Origin: the human T2T-CHM13v2.0 reference genome, Homo sapiens
Reading direction: 5' to 3' (one strand)
Length of the DNA stretch: 64,000 nucleotides
NCBI RefSeq assembly: GCF_009914755.1
Contig: NC_060934.1
In this document: piece by piece, positions 12,995-26,338 of the stretch
Layout of the letters: every line of letters begins with the position of its first letter
How positions within the stretch are numbered: the stretch's first letter is position 1
Notes under the pieces: model-generated
Database searches by the model: none
Seen by the model: only the letters and a program-made list of their open reading frames with translations
What the model was told of the DNA's origin: nothing
Position numbers and translations under genes: made by a program

Positions 12995-15309
12995 TGATAT
13001 GGTTTGGCTCTGTGTCCCCACCCAATTCTCATCTTGAATTGTAAATTCCCACTAGCCTCATGTGTCAAAGAAGAAGCCCTGTAGAAGGTAATTAAATCAT
13101 GGGATGGTTTCCTCCATGCTCTTCTTGTGGTAATGAGTGAAACTCAGGAGGTGTGATGGTTTTATAAACATCTAGCATCTCCCCTGCTTGCACTCATTCT
13201 CTCTCCTGCTGCCCTGTGAAGAGGTGCCTTCCACCATGACTGTAAGTTTCCTGAGACCTCCCCAGCCATGCAGAACTGTGTTTCATTTAAACCTCTTTTC
13301 TTTATAAATTACCCAGTCTTGAGTATTTCTTCATAGCAGCATGAGAATGGACTAATACAGTAAATTGGTATCAAGGTAGTGGGGCACTGCTGTAGAGATA
13401 CCGGGAAATGTGGGAGCAACTTTGGAATTGGGTAAAAGGCAGAGGTTGGAACAGTTTAGATGGCTCAGAAGAAGACAGGAATATGTGGGAAAGCTTGGAA
13501 ATTCACAGAAACTTGTTGGATGCTTTTGACCAAAATGCTAATAGTGATATGAACAATGAAGTCCAGGCTGAGGTGGTCTCAGATGGAGATGAGGAACTTC
13601 TTGGGAACTGGAGAAAAGGTGACTCTTGCTATGCTTTAACAAAGATGGTGGCAGTATTTTTCCCCTGCCCTAGAGATCTGTGGAATTTTAACTTGATTGA
13701 CATGATTTAGAGTATCTGGCAGAAGAAATTTCTAAGCTGCAAAACATTCAAGGGGAAGCAGAGCATAAAAGTTAAGAAAATGTGCAGCCTAATGATGCAA
13801 TAGAAAAGAAAAACCCATTTTCTGTGAAGAAATTCAAGCCAGCTGCAGAAATTTGTGTAAGTAACAAGGTGTCAAATGTTAGTCACCAAGAAAATGGGGG
13901 AAATGTCTCCAGGACATGTCAGAGGCCTTCACAGCAGCCCCTCCATCACAGGCCTGGAGGCCTATTAGGGAAAAATGTTTTGTGGGATGGGCCCAGGGCC
14001 CACCTACTCTATGCAGCCTCAGGACATGGTGCACCGCTTCTCAGCTGCTTCAGCTCCAGCTGTGGCTAAAAGGAGCCAAGGTACACCTGGGGCCATTGCT
14101 TCAGAGGGTGCAAGCCCCAAGCCTTGGCAGCTTACACGTGGCGTTGGGTCTGTGGGTTAACATAAGTCAAGAATTAAGGTTGGGGAACCTCCACATAGAT
14201 TCAGAGAATGTATGAAAACTCCTGGATGTCCAGGCAGAAATTTGCTGCAGAGGTGGAGCTCTCATGGAGAACCTCTGCTAGGGCGCTGCAGAAGGGAAAC
14301 ATGGAGTCAGAGCCCCCACAGAGGCTCCACTGGGGCACTGCCTAGTTGAGCTGTGAGAAGAGGGCCACCATCCTCCAGACCCCAGAATGGTAGATTCACC
14401 AACAGCTTACACCATGCACCTGGAAGAGCCACAGGCACTCAATACCAGCCTGTGAAAGCTGGAATGGGGTAAAAGGCAGAGGTTGGAACAGTTTAGAGGG
14501 CTTGGAAGAGGACAGGAAGATATGGGAGGGGGCTGTACACTGTAAAGTCACAGGGGCAAACCTACCCAAGGTCATGGGAGCCCACCTCTTACATCAGCAT
14601 GTCCTGGATGTAAGAGGTCAAAGGAGATCATTTTGGAACTTTAACGTTTAACAACTGCCCTATTGTATTTCAGACTTGCATGGGGCCTGTAACCCCTTTG
14701 TTTTGGCCAATTTCTCCCATCTGAAACGGGTGTATTTACCCAATGCCTGTGCCCCCATTGTATCTTGGAAATAACGCGCTTTTTATTTTACAGGCTTTTA
14801 GGCAGAAAGGACTTGCCTTGTCTCAGACGAGACTTTGGACTTGAACTTTTGGGTTAATTCTGGAATGAGTTAAACTTTGTGGGACTATTGGAAGGGCATG
14901 ATTGTGTTTTCAATTGTGAGGACATGAGATTTGAGAGGAGCCAGGGGCAGAATGATATGGTTTGACTCTGTGTCCTTACCCAATTCTAACCTTGAATTAT
15001 AATCCCCACACGTCAACGGCAGTACCAGATGGAGGAAACTGAATCATTGGGTCAGTTTCCCCCATCCTGTTCCTGTGATAATGAGTAAGTCTCATGAGAT
15101 CCGATGGTTTTAAAAGCATCTAGCATTTCCCCTGCTTGCACTGATTCGCTTTCCTGCTGCCCTGTGAAGAATGTACCTTCTGCCATGAATGTAAGTTTTT
15201 CTGAGGCTCCCCCAGTCATGAAGAATTGTGAGTCAATTAAACCTCTTTTCTTTATAAATTACCCACTGTCGGGTATTTCTTCAAAGCAGCCTGAGAACAG
15301 ATCAATACA
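12995..15309 (+). mobile_element. THE1C MaLR element with two LTRs (12995-13359, 14953-15309) and internal region
   Basis: tgatatggtttgg...aataca LTRs; internal starts gtaaattggta; purine-rich PPT before the 3' LTR; degenerate TSD tttgc/cttgt. Confidence 0.92.
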
Positions 15310-15428
15310 CTTGTCTACACAAAACCAACTTAAAATATGAAGACACATATAGATTAAAAGGAAAGGGAGGGAGAAAAATATAACATGCTAACACTAATCA
15401 AAAGGAAAGTGGAGTAGTTATATTAATT

Positions 15429-15815
15429 TTGGAAAGAGCAAACTTCAGAATAAGGAAAGTTATCAGAAATAAAGAGGGGCATTACCCAGTGATAAATGGG
15501 TTAATTCTCCAAGAAGACATAACAGTCCTCAGTGAGTATTTGTCTAACAGCAAAGCATCAAAATACATCAGGCAAAAACTGATAGAACTGCAGGAAGAGA
15601 CCGATAATGTACTATTATACTTGGAGACATCAAACCTCTATATTAGACATGGATCCAGCAGGCAGAAAATTAGTAAGATTACAGTATACCTTAGTAGTAC
15701 CCTCAATCAACTGGATGTAATCGACATCTGTATATTACCCCGAAACAACAAATTCCATATTCTTCTCAAGCTCACATGGAACATTCTACAAGGTAGATCA
15801 CGTTCTGGGTTGTAA
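15429..15815 (+). pseudogene. L1 ORF2 endonuclease-domain remnant (non-functional)
   Basis: RNKEGHY..I.G.ILQEDIT.L..Y..N..ASKYIRQKLIELQ resembles the L1 APE-like endonuclease; surrounded by stops and frameshifts. Confidence 0.75.
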
Positions 15816-16836
15816 AATACATATTAGCAAATTTTAAAATACAGTAATTATACAATGTTTGCTTTCAGACCACAATAAAATTAATCTAAAAATTAATAAC
15901 AAAGATAGCTGGAAAATCCCCAAATACTCGGAGATCAAACAACACACTTACAAATAACACATAAGCCAAGGAAGAGAAGCTTTAAAAATATTTTGAGCTA
16001 AATAAAAATATAACTGATTAGAATTTGTGTGAAGCAGTAAAAAACAGAATAGAGGAAAGATCGAAAATCAATACTCTAAATTTTCACCTTAGGAAATTAG
16101 AAAAATAAGAATTAAATCCAGAGTAAGCAGAGAAAAAAGTAATGAATAACAGAACAGCAATAAATGAAAATAAAAACTGGAAATCAATAGGGCAAATCAG
16201 CAAAATCTAAAGCTGATTCTTTCGAAAGATCAATAAAATTGATAAGCCTCTAGCTAGGCTAAATGAGAAAAAAAAGATATAAATTACCAATATCAGAAAG
16301 GAAAGAAGAGACATCACTGTAGATCCCATGGATATTAAAATATAATAAAGGAATACAATGAACCGCTCAATGCTCACAACTTTGATAGCCTACATTAAAT
16401 AGATTAATTCCTTGAAAGACACAGTCTGCCAAAACTCATACAAGAAGCAGACAGTCTTAATAAGTCTGTTAAAGAGATTAAATCAAAGATTAATAAACTT
16501 CCCAAACAGAAAGCATCAGTCCCAAATGGTTACACCTGATGAAAAACAAAGGTAAAAGATATAACCAGACTAAACAGACACCTCACCAAAGATGTAAAAA
16601 TGGAAATTAAGCATATGAAAAAAGATCCATGTCATATGATTTTGCAAACTAAAACAACAATGAGATACTACTAAATACCTATTAAAACAGCCAAAATCCA
16701 ACATAATGCCACCACTAAATGCTGATGAGCATTTTGGAGCAAAAGGAACTCTCATTTATTGCTCACAGGAATGCAAAATGGTTTAGCCACTTTGGAAAAT
16801 AGTTTGGCAGTTTCTCACAGAACTAAATGTAGTCTT

Positions 16837-17074
16837 GGCAATTTTGAAGAATACAATACATTATTAATAAACTATAGCCACCATGTATTACAATAGATCT
16901 CTCAAACTTATTTCTTCTACCATAATAAAATGATAAATATGTGAGATAATGCATATGTTAATTAGCTAGATTTAGTGGTCCATAATGTATACATACTTAA
17001 TAATGTCATGTCGTATGTGATAAATATGTTATTTGTCAAATAAAACAAATAAATAAAAATTAAAAAAACACAAA
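16837..17074 (+). mobile_element. Short L1MA 3' end with inverted 5' segment
   Basis: 16840-16920 is antisense L1MA 3'UTR and 16920-17070 is sense with an A-tail; degenerate TSD aactaaatgtagtctt/aactaaacagagattt. Confidence 0.7.
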
Positions 17075-17685
17075 AACTAAACAGAGATTTACCATATAAT
17101 TTAGCAATGATGGCTTTTGGTATTTACTCAAGTTGAAAAACAATATGTCCACACAAAAACCTGAACATGGACGTTTATAATAGCTTTATCCATAATTTTC
17201 CAATATTTGGAGGACACTAAGATGTCCTTTTGTAGGTGAATGAATAAATAAACTGTGGTACATCCAGGTAATAGAATATTATTCAGCACTCAAAAGATAT
17301 TAGCTATCAAGCCACGAGAAGATATCGAAGAACCTTAAATACATATTATTAAGTCAATCTGAAAAGGCTTCCTACTGTTTCATTCCAACTATGACATTCT
17401 AGAAAAGGCAAAACTATGGAAACAGGAAAAAAATTCAGTGATTGTTATGGTTAAGGGAGAGAAGAACAGACAAAGCATACAGGATTTTTAGGGCAGTGAA
17501 ATTACTGTGTATGACACTCTAATGGTGGATAGATACATGTTGTTATACATTTGTCAAAACTCATAGAATGTAACAGCGTCAAAAGTGAACCCTAATATAA
17601 ACTATGACCATGATAATTAGGTGTCACAGAAGTTTCATTGATTATAACAAATATACAACTCTGGTGCAGAATGTTGATAATGTAG

Positions 17686-18037
<352 letters not shown>

Positions 18038-18329
18038 ATCCACTCAATTTTGCTGTGAACCTACAACTGCGCTAAAAAATAAACTCTCTTTTCAACAAAA
18101 TATTGAATACTTTGGATATTAGTAAATGCTCAAACTTCTCTGCAGGTTTAATTCTCTCAACTGAAATGTAAGCTTTTTAAAGAAAAGGATGATGGCTTAT
18201 AAATTTTTTATTTCTTTTTAAGACTCTAGCTGTGGTCCTCATTCAAAGTAGAAGCAGCACAAATATTCACTAAATTAATGAACATATGTATAGATCTATA
18301 AGTGGGTAAAGCCAAAATTGATATTCACA

Positions 18330-18960
18330 AGTTTTTTAACTTTCTTAAAAATATCTGCAATACAAAAAGGCAGAATGACTAATATAATAAAACACTGAAC
18401 CTGCTACCAGACTCACATATTGGATACTGTGCACCTCACTCTGTTTACATTTGCCTCTCTCCCGCTCAGTGGTAACTGCTGTGCCTCTGATATTTATCAT
18501 CCCCAGTTCCCAAGCACCTGTTTATATCTTTCCTACTCATGTACAAATTCTTACACAACATATAATTTTACCATTGTGTATATTTAAACTGTAAAAATAG
18601 TATTTTATTCACAGTCTCTGAAACTTGCTTTTAAACCATAAGTATGTTTGTATGATAAATTCATGTTGAGGCATGGTATCCTAATATCTTCATTTCCACT
18701 ACTTGTAGCATGCATTTTTATAAATATACAATATTTTTTTCTTTCTTGTGTTGATAGGAATTTATTTCCAGTTTTTGTATTACAGCTGTGCTGTAATGAA
18801 CATTTGTATACATGTCTCTGAGGGCATACATGAGCCGGTTGCTGTAGGTCATGTCTAGGAGGGGAAATGCTGGGTCATAGCCTGCGCGTATCTTCAATTT
18901 TATTAAGGTTTTCCAGACAGCTATCCAAACTGGTTCTACAATTTATACTTTTATGAATCT
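18330..18960 (-). mobile_element. L1ME-like fragment
   Basis: ttccagtttttgtattacag...atgaacatttgtatacatgtctc...gctgggtcatag...ttccagacagctatccaaactgg. Confidence 0.6.
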
Positions 18961-19760
18961 TCATTTTTAAAACTATGGTTTCCCAACACTTAACTCTTGG
19001 CCTTTAGGCACTGACATTTATGTGAGGATACTTTTTGCTGTCAACCTTGCTCAAGAGGCTGTTTCTCAAATCTCCCAATTCACTTTTGTGTTTGCTCAAG
19101 AGTCACGACTCAGGTATACCATTATTTGAATCAATTCCTCTGCCTCTGCTGTGATTTCATCATGTGAAGCCACTGGAGTCGTTTTCTGTCCAAAGTCTAT
19201 GAATTCCTTTTTCCTAATCCTCAATTTTTTAGAGCATTTTCATTTTAAACACAGCTTCTACTATAATTGAAAGTTTGGCTTAATGGCAAATAAAGGACTG
19301 CATTTATCTAAATGTGATCTATTTTAATAGGACAGATTGCCAGATGATTCACATGCTCTGGTCTCCTTGTATTTTGACAAGCTTAATATACTGTTTCATT
19401 GTGCTGTGGATTAATAGCACCACAGGGCAATAATATGGCTACTGAGATTTTAAGGTCTGGATAACTATAGGCTTCAGTGAATGCCCCATAACTGAAATGT
19501 ATTAAATATCTAATGCCTCAGAGCACAGTTTAATAAAACAAGCTGGACTGTGAAGTATTCAGTCCATATTTCAAAGGGAAGCCTATGTTAAGTGATCATT
19601 TAAATAAGGATTTACTACCAAAAAGAGCCCATTCTGATTTGACACTGAGATTACCACTGGTATTTTTTTTGTCCTAATTTACTTTTCACCTTATATTTCC
19701 TTTAGAAACTGGTAGTCCCTACAAATGTGAGTCAGGATCAGGATTTAGGAGGCAAGATAG

Positions 19761-19801
19761 AGAGGTAGGTAGGTAGGCAGGTGGATTGGTGGGTGGGTGG
19801 G

Positions 19802-19839
<38 letters not shown>
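19761..19839 (+). repeat. Compound STR: (GGTA)/(GGTG) run then (TAGA)9
   Basis: Read directly; pure TAGA x9 at 19802-19837. Confidence 0.95.
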
Positions 19840-20357
19840 TCAAAATATATACTTTTATCTGGTCTTTTTTTCAACAAGAATTTGAGGTGGATACTAGATT
19901 TTGTTTTACTGTGAATATTTTGTTAGAAAGTTAAGTATATGATAAATGTAGAAAAGTACACAAATAGTAAGTAAACAACCTGAATTTTCCATCAAAATGA
20001 ATACAATCATTTGATCAGCATCTGGATCAAAAAGCAAAACATTACAAAATCCTGGAAGCCTTCTTCAGTCTTCTTCCAAACATTCCCTCTACCAAGATAA
20101 CTACTAAGTCACATTTTAGTTTGTCAATTATAAACCAAACACTTTTTAAAATGTTAGACCAAAAAGTTATTTATGACATCAGCGAGGCCAAAAGAAGAAA
20201 AGGATTAACTTAGGGTTACAAAAGAAAGAAAAGAAGAATTAAAGATAGACTTAGGCATCTTGATGTCCTGTCCATTGTCCATTCTATTACTTTTTACAGC
20301 TGCTCACCTAACATTCAATTTCATTTAAATGTGGCATGACATTCAGTAACAAATTGC

Positions 20358-20860
20358 ATGTTGTCACATTACCTTTCCATGACAGAGGCTGACACTGTCT
20401 GCTCTGGTTGAGTATCTTGTGCCCCAGGCCACTCTCTGGAATCTAGTAGCTGCAGCCTTCAGCTATTAACTTCCTTAGGATTCATCCTACTTTTTTTAGC
20501 AGAGGTCATGCTATTTACGAGGTAACCTCTGCCAGTTACTGAGAAAGTGACAGCTAAGGGTAGGCTTTATTTGGCTGGTCCCCAGCCAATGACTAAGGAA
20601 TTATTGAGCTCCAGCCAATGACCAAATAAGGTTCTAGCTAATTTCACCCAATATAGAATTCCTCTAACAAATAACCTTCACTCTACAGTATCCTGTTAGG
20701 TTGGGTGACTCTTGGTTAGGCTGTCATGATGGTCTGAACCTTCCCTTGCCAAAACCGCCCCTTCCCACATTTTCTCTGCATAGCTAATACTCCTTAATAA
20801 AAATGTTAGCCTCTTAACTCTGCTCAAAATATGCCATTTGGAGATCCTAACTTGCAAAAA
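20358..20860 (+). mobile_element. Old ERVL solo LTR (LTR16-like)
   Basis: ccagccaatgac motifs and aataaa at about 20796; subfamily uncertain. Confidence 0.45.
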
Positions 20861-20944
20861 CATCTAATATATCCTGATTGTCTAACTTTAAGTCCAAAGC
20901 CTTTTTTTGTGATGCCAGTCCCTAAACATTCTGGTTAATTGAGG

Positions 20945-21190
20945 TTTCAGTGTAGTGTGCTTCAGTATAAAGAGCTTGAAATTTCAGATTCTCATATATT
21001 TGTGTTTTATTTTCAGTTTCACTATGTGCCTGCTACTGTAGGCTAGTTCCCTTTGCTCTCCAATAATTGTGTTATCTATTAAATTAGAAGAATAATATTT
21101 ATTATGTATGTCAAAGTGTGATCATTAGGATACATGAGATGGCACAAATCATTTAGCCCAGTACCCAACACTGAAATATCCTAATAAATT
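20945..21190 (+). mobile_element. MIR SINE
   Basis: gtgtagtg...cattaggatacatgagatggc...ttagcccagtacccaacac...aataaa. Confidence 0.55.
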
Positions 21191-21613
21191 AAAGTCACTC
21201 CCATCTATTTTGTGATCATTCTCATTCTAAAATATTTCAAACATAGTTACGACCACTATTCTCTATTTTAGCACTTATGTTATTTGTGACAAGATTATTG
21301 TCAATCTAAACCTAGATGGTACTTTTATAATCATCCAATGCAAAGGACAGTTTCTCATCCCTAGAGGAAGGATCAGATGATAGAAAGACAGGGGTATTTT
21401 ATGTTAAGGAAATAGTATACATATTTGCTGCTTTTGGAAGTATCAAAGAGGAAAATTCTCACAAGAATTTTCAACACAATCCAAGCTCAGCTAGCAAGAC
21501 TCCAGAAGCAGAGTACTAATTTTTATAATGTCTCTGATGTTTCATTTAGCTTTTGGCCAATAAGACTAGATACAAGGCCACCAGCTGATTCATTCATGTT
21601 AAACTGAATGCAA

Positions 21614-21615
<2 letters not shown>

Positions 21616-21659
<44 letters not shown>
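21616..21659 (+). repeat. (CA)n microsatellite, one interruption
   Basis: Read directly. Confidence 0.97.
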
Positions 21660-22189
21660 GATACAGGCACATTAGCACTCTACAGGAAACCAAAACCCCA
21701 ACCAGAGAGCCTAATCAATATAATATTTCCATATTGGCTATCAATTCTGTCTCATCCGTGCTAAGGAGATCAAAGTCTAAAGTAAATTAAAGCTCATTAG
21801 CCCAACTCAATTCTCTTCCCCATCCCTAGTTATTTAAGAATAAATTAGAGTATACATCAAATAAAACAATGCATTTCTCAACTGTCTCAGAATTTTGATA
21901 ATTTTTAAGTTGATGCTATGTAGACCCTAGTTGTGAAAATAAGAATACATTCATCACTTACTAGTGATTATTATACTCAGAACATGTAAAATAAAATTCT
22001 AGAAAGTAAAATAGAAAGAGGTGACCAAGATTTTTACTTGGTCAAAGGAAAGCTCCAAGTTTTATAGAATAGAAATAACCCTCACACTGGATTTGTTTTT
22101 TGTGCCTATAAGACATTTTAAATAGAAGCACACAAAGTTTAGGAGAAAGTTCAAATGATCTGGACTGTTATTAGTACTGCATTAAAACT

Positions 22190-22500
22190 CGAGATTTAGC
22201 TGGAACTCCTCCTCTTTCCCTCTTTTCCCATCACTCAAATCAAGTTTTCTTGAGGTTCATCCATGTGCCAGACACTGACAGGTTCTGCAACCTGCCCAGC
22301 TTGAATTTACTTCTACCTTGTTCAATCACCACTCAAAACCAGTCTCAACCCTTGCCTGGGCTATTCTTCTAGCTGGACTCTAACTTATACTCTTGCACAT
22401 CTCTAATTATTCTTCACAGGGCAGCAAGAATTATCTTTCCCATCATAAATCTGATCATGGTAGAGAAGGCTGTACTCTAAATCCGTTAATGATCTCCCAG
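22190..22500 (+). mobile_element. L2 fragment
   Basis: ttcacagggcagcaagaattatctttcc...aaatctgatcatg. Confidence 0.55.
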
Positions 22501-22799
22501 AGAACAGCTATGGTCATTGCTTTGAGCTAGATCCTGGATACAAGATGCAGGGAATATATGATCTATCCCAGTCCTTACAGTGCTTAGACTACCATTTAAT
22601 AATACCACACCTCTGATCTCTAAGTTCTAGCTAGAAGAAAATAAGTAAATAAATAAAAGCAAGAAAAAGAATTATTGTAAGATGTCTACATTGGAAAAAA
22701 TGGTGAAAATAATAACTCATTGTATATGAGTTGATAATCTACATAGAAAAATCACCTGAAAGCTATAAGAATAAAAGAATAACTATAAAACTAATACGT

Positions 22800-23022
22800 G
22801 GCTGGGTGCAGTGACTCATGCCTGTAATCCCAGCACTTTGGAAGGCCGAGGTGGGTGGATCACGAGGTCAGGAGATCGAGACCATCCTGGCCAACATGGT
22901 GAAACCCTGTCTCTACTAAAATACAAAACATTAGCCAGGCGTGGTGCTCCACGCCTGTAGTCCCAGCTGCTTGGGGGGCTGAAGCAGGGGAATCACTTGA
23001 ACCCGAGAGGCGGAGCTTGCAG
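22800..23022 (+). mobile_element. AluSc-like SINE, 3'-truncated with no tail
   Basis: ggatcacgaggtcaggagatcgagaccatcctggccaacatgg; ends at gcggagcttgcag. Confidence 0.92.
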
Positions 23023-24136
23023 AAGCAAGATACACATACAAAAACAAATTTTATTTCAATATACTATCAATTAACAATAAAAATGAGAATACCCTTTTCA
23101 ACGGCATCATAATATAAAATATTTAGTGGTAAATATGACAAACTTATGCAGGAATTGTACATTGAAACGTATGAAACATTGTTGAGAAGAATTAAAGAAA
23201 ATCTAAATAAACAAAAATGTGTACATACCAGTGGATCAGAAGGCTTGATATTGTTGCAATGTCTGTTAGCCTCAAGTTGACTGATAAACTCAATACTATT
23301 CCAATAAAAATTCCTACAGTTTTTCTTCTACAAATTGATGAGATGAGTCTAAAATTATAGAAGAGTTGAAATGACTTTGGAAAATGAAATGCAAAGTTAG
23401 AGGACTTACTTTACTTGACTTCAAAATTTGTTTTAAAACTGAAATATTCTAGAAAATGTAGAACTGAAATAAAGATGAATAAGTAAATCAAAGCGAAAGA
23501 AGAGAAAATTTAGAAATAGACACATACACTTATTTTCACTAATAGTGAAAAGGAAATTAAATGGAGAAATGATAGTCTCTTCCACATGATGCTGGACAAA
23601 ATAGATATCTTTATGCAAAAAATTAATTTAAGTTCATGCCTAATAACATTTGCAAAAAATAATTCAAAATAGATTATAGCCTTAAATACAAACCCTAAAA
23701 CTAAAACACTGTTTCAGGAAAATATAGGAGAAAATTTCTGTGATCGTGTACCAGAAAAAAATTTCTTAGATATTACCCTAAAATATAATCCATAAAGGAA
23801 AAAAATTAAAAATTGGGTTTCATCAAAATATAGAGCTTCTCCTCTGTAAGTGATATTGTTAAAAGCATGAAAAAGTATCCACACACTATATGAAATAATT
23901 TCAAATCACATCTATGATAAATAACTTGTATCCAGAATAAAGAAAGAATTATCAAAACTCAATAATAATAAATAATTAAATAAAAATGGGCAAAAAATTG
24001 AGCTAATACTACACCAAATATATATTGACGGCAAAGAGATGCATAAATACATGTTTAACACCTTTAGTCATTAGGGAAATGTAGTTTAAAATCACGATGT
24101 AATACTACTACTCACCTATTAAAATGTCAAAGTCAA

Positions 24137-24260
24137 GGGGAGAGAGAAAGGAAGGAAAGAAGTTGAAGGGAAGGGAAGGGAAGGGAAGGGAAGGGAAGGG
24201 AAGAAGTGAAGGGAAGGGAGGGGACGGGAAGGGGAAGGGGAAGGGGAAGGGGAAGGGAGA
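24137..24260 (+). repeat. Polypurine (GGGAA/GGGGAA)n tract
   Basis: About 120 bp almost entirely purine. Confidence 0.93.
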
Positions 24261-24976
24261 TACCAAGTATCGATTAAAACATGGTGAAACCAGAATCCTC
24301 ATAGACTATTGGCAGGAATGTAAAATGGTGCAAACTATTAGAAAACCAGTTTCATATTTCTTAAAACATTACACAGACACCTACCATATTACCCAGCTAT
24401 CTAAGCCCAGATGATTTACATGAGAGAAATGAAAGCATACAATTGCTTGTATATAAAACTTCGCAGCAGCATTATTTGTAGTTGTCTCAAAATGATAATG
24501 ACCTAAACGCCCTAAATATCAAATTCTACTAAGCACCGAAATAGAATCAACCATAGATACATGCAATAACATGGACGAATCTCAAAATAACTATGCTGAA
24601 TGAAAGAAGCCTTACCAAAAAGGACACTGTTGTATGATGTTATTTATATAAACCTCCATAAAATGTAAATTAATCCATTGTGACAGAAAGCGTATTAGTG
24701 GTTTCCTAGAAAATAGGGAGGGGGGCGGTGAGGGCAAGACTGAGCAATGTCAAATGGGCATGAGGAAACTTTTGGGAGTGATATATGTGTGGATAATCGT
24801 AATGATGGTTTCACAAGTGTAAATCTATGCCAAAATTATTAACTTGTGCATTTAAAGATATGCCATGTTTTATGTGTCAATCATACATCAACAAGGTTGT
24901 TAATAACCTATCATAAAGTGTATGTGACTGTTGCTGGAAGGAAAATTCTCTCTTCCTTAAAAAAATTGCAATGTAC

Positions 24977-26275
24977 TGATGGCAGCCGCAGACCATCTGG
25001 AGCGGCCGCTGCTATCATGCCCCTGCTGCCTTCCGGGAGGGTGTGGGGAGGAGAAAGACAGTCCCCCTGCAGCCCGCCTCCCTGGGGGCTGCCATGATGA
25101 AGGTGGCGGGTTGTCCACCGACAGGGGAGCAGTGCAGTCAGGCAGAGACAGGCCCCAGGAGGAGCTAGGCTGGGGCGGTGCAGTTTGTACACAGAGCCTG
25201 AGAACATACCCGGGATGTGGAGCAGGGGCCGTGATTACGGGGCCCTGGGCAGGAAGTGGGACAGGCGCCCACTTCGGGGACCTAGTCAGCGGCGCAGCCA
25301 CTGCACCCACTCTGCCAAAGGCTTCCAGTTCCTGCGCCTCTGCGTGGGGGTAACCTGGGGCTGACTCCGCAGGGTCCAGCCGTGGAGCCTGACAGTCCCA
25401 GAGGCCTGCGATCTGCTCCTGGAGGTGCCCCCCAGTCAGGGCCACAATCTGGGCAAGTGGGAGCCTGGGCAGCCCCTGAGCTCTGAGGCCATGGAGGAAG
25501 CTCGCAGAGACGTCACCCCTGGCCTAGACATCGGGCGGGCCCAGCAAGGACCTGGAGCCCTTGCCCAGGCTGCGAGAAGGTGCAGCTCCGTCCTCCCAGG
25601 CGCAGCTGCAGCCACCTTAGTTGGGGACCCAGGCCTCCCTGTGCTCTTGGGGGCGGGCAGCCGGCAGCAGCCTGGACGCCATGGATGGCGGCAAGAGGTA
25701 TACAGAACTCTGGACCCGCCGAATGAGGAGGCTAAAAGAGCTTAACACAAACAGAGCTGAAACATGCCCGTTGCTCCCCACGTTGCCGGCAAAGAGAAAG
25801 AGAGAAGAGCTGCGGCCCTTCGGGGAGCCCAGACCTGGGAGTTGCCAGAGAGCCAGGGCTGTGACTCCCTCTTTGGGACCCTGAAGTTCCTGGCATCTCC
25901 AAGCTTCCAGGCACCGCCGCATTCCCTGGTGCCAGCTAGGGAAGCTGCTTGCAGTGCGCCTTGCCCATCTGCAGCCTTGCAGAGAACCAGTTCCCATGCC
26001 GACGTGTGCAGCTGCCCGCCCCAAGGCAGCAGCTGGTGTGTCTTATTGAGCAGTGGCTGGACCCCATGCTCGTTCATACAACCCTTGCTGCTCCACTCCT
26101 GACTTGCAGTCTCCCTTGGAGGCGTGGGATCCAGGCCAGTAGCATGAGCTGAGCACGGTCTGTCAGGCCCAGTGAGTGGAACGAGTCCAGCAGGCCCAGA
26201 AGCAAAACTCAGGCAAAGGTGCCACCGGCCACAGATTTCCTGCCATAAAGACGACACCCCAAAGATCCCATAGCA
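24977..26275 (+). mobile_element. MER52 solo LTR (ERV1), GC-rich
   Basis: Starts tgatggcagccgcagaccatctggagcggccgctgc, ends gacaccccaaagatcccatagca; perfect 4-bp TSD GTAC. Confidence 0.88.
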
Positions 26276-26338
26276 GTACTCCTAAACCTTTCCAGTGTGT
26301 TTTTGACTCTCTGGATTCCAAGAGTTAATAAGTGCCAC

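Larger units (their letters stand above)
22630..24905 (+). mobile_element. Old L1 (L1MD/ME-like) ORF2 3' half and 3'UTR
   Basis: aaagaaaatctaaataaa; gaggacttactttacttgacttcaa; gaatgtaaaatggtgcaaac; gaatctcaaaataactatgctgaatgaaagaagcc. Confidence 0.8.

Noticed and set aside
13408-14215. ORFs of 95-100 aa
   Set aside because: Frameshifted remnants of the THE1 internal region, not a host gene.
24108-24414. GK-rich and FP-rich ORFs
   Set aside because: Translations of the (GGGAA)n tract.
24846-26257. Dense overlapping ORFs (up to 171 aa) suggesting a gene or processed pseudogene
   Set aside because: They lie essentially within a MER52 LTR bounded by TG...CA and a GTAC TSD. High GC suppresses stop codons, and there is no recognisable protein domain or poly-A.
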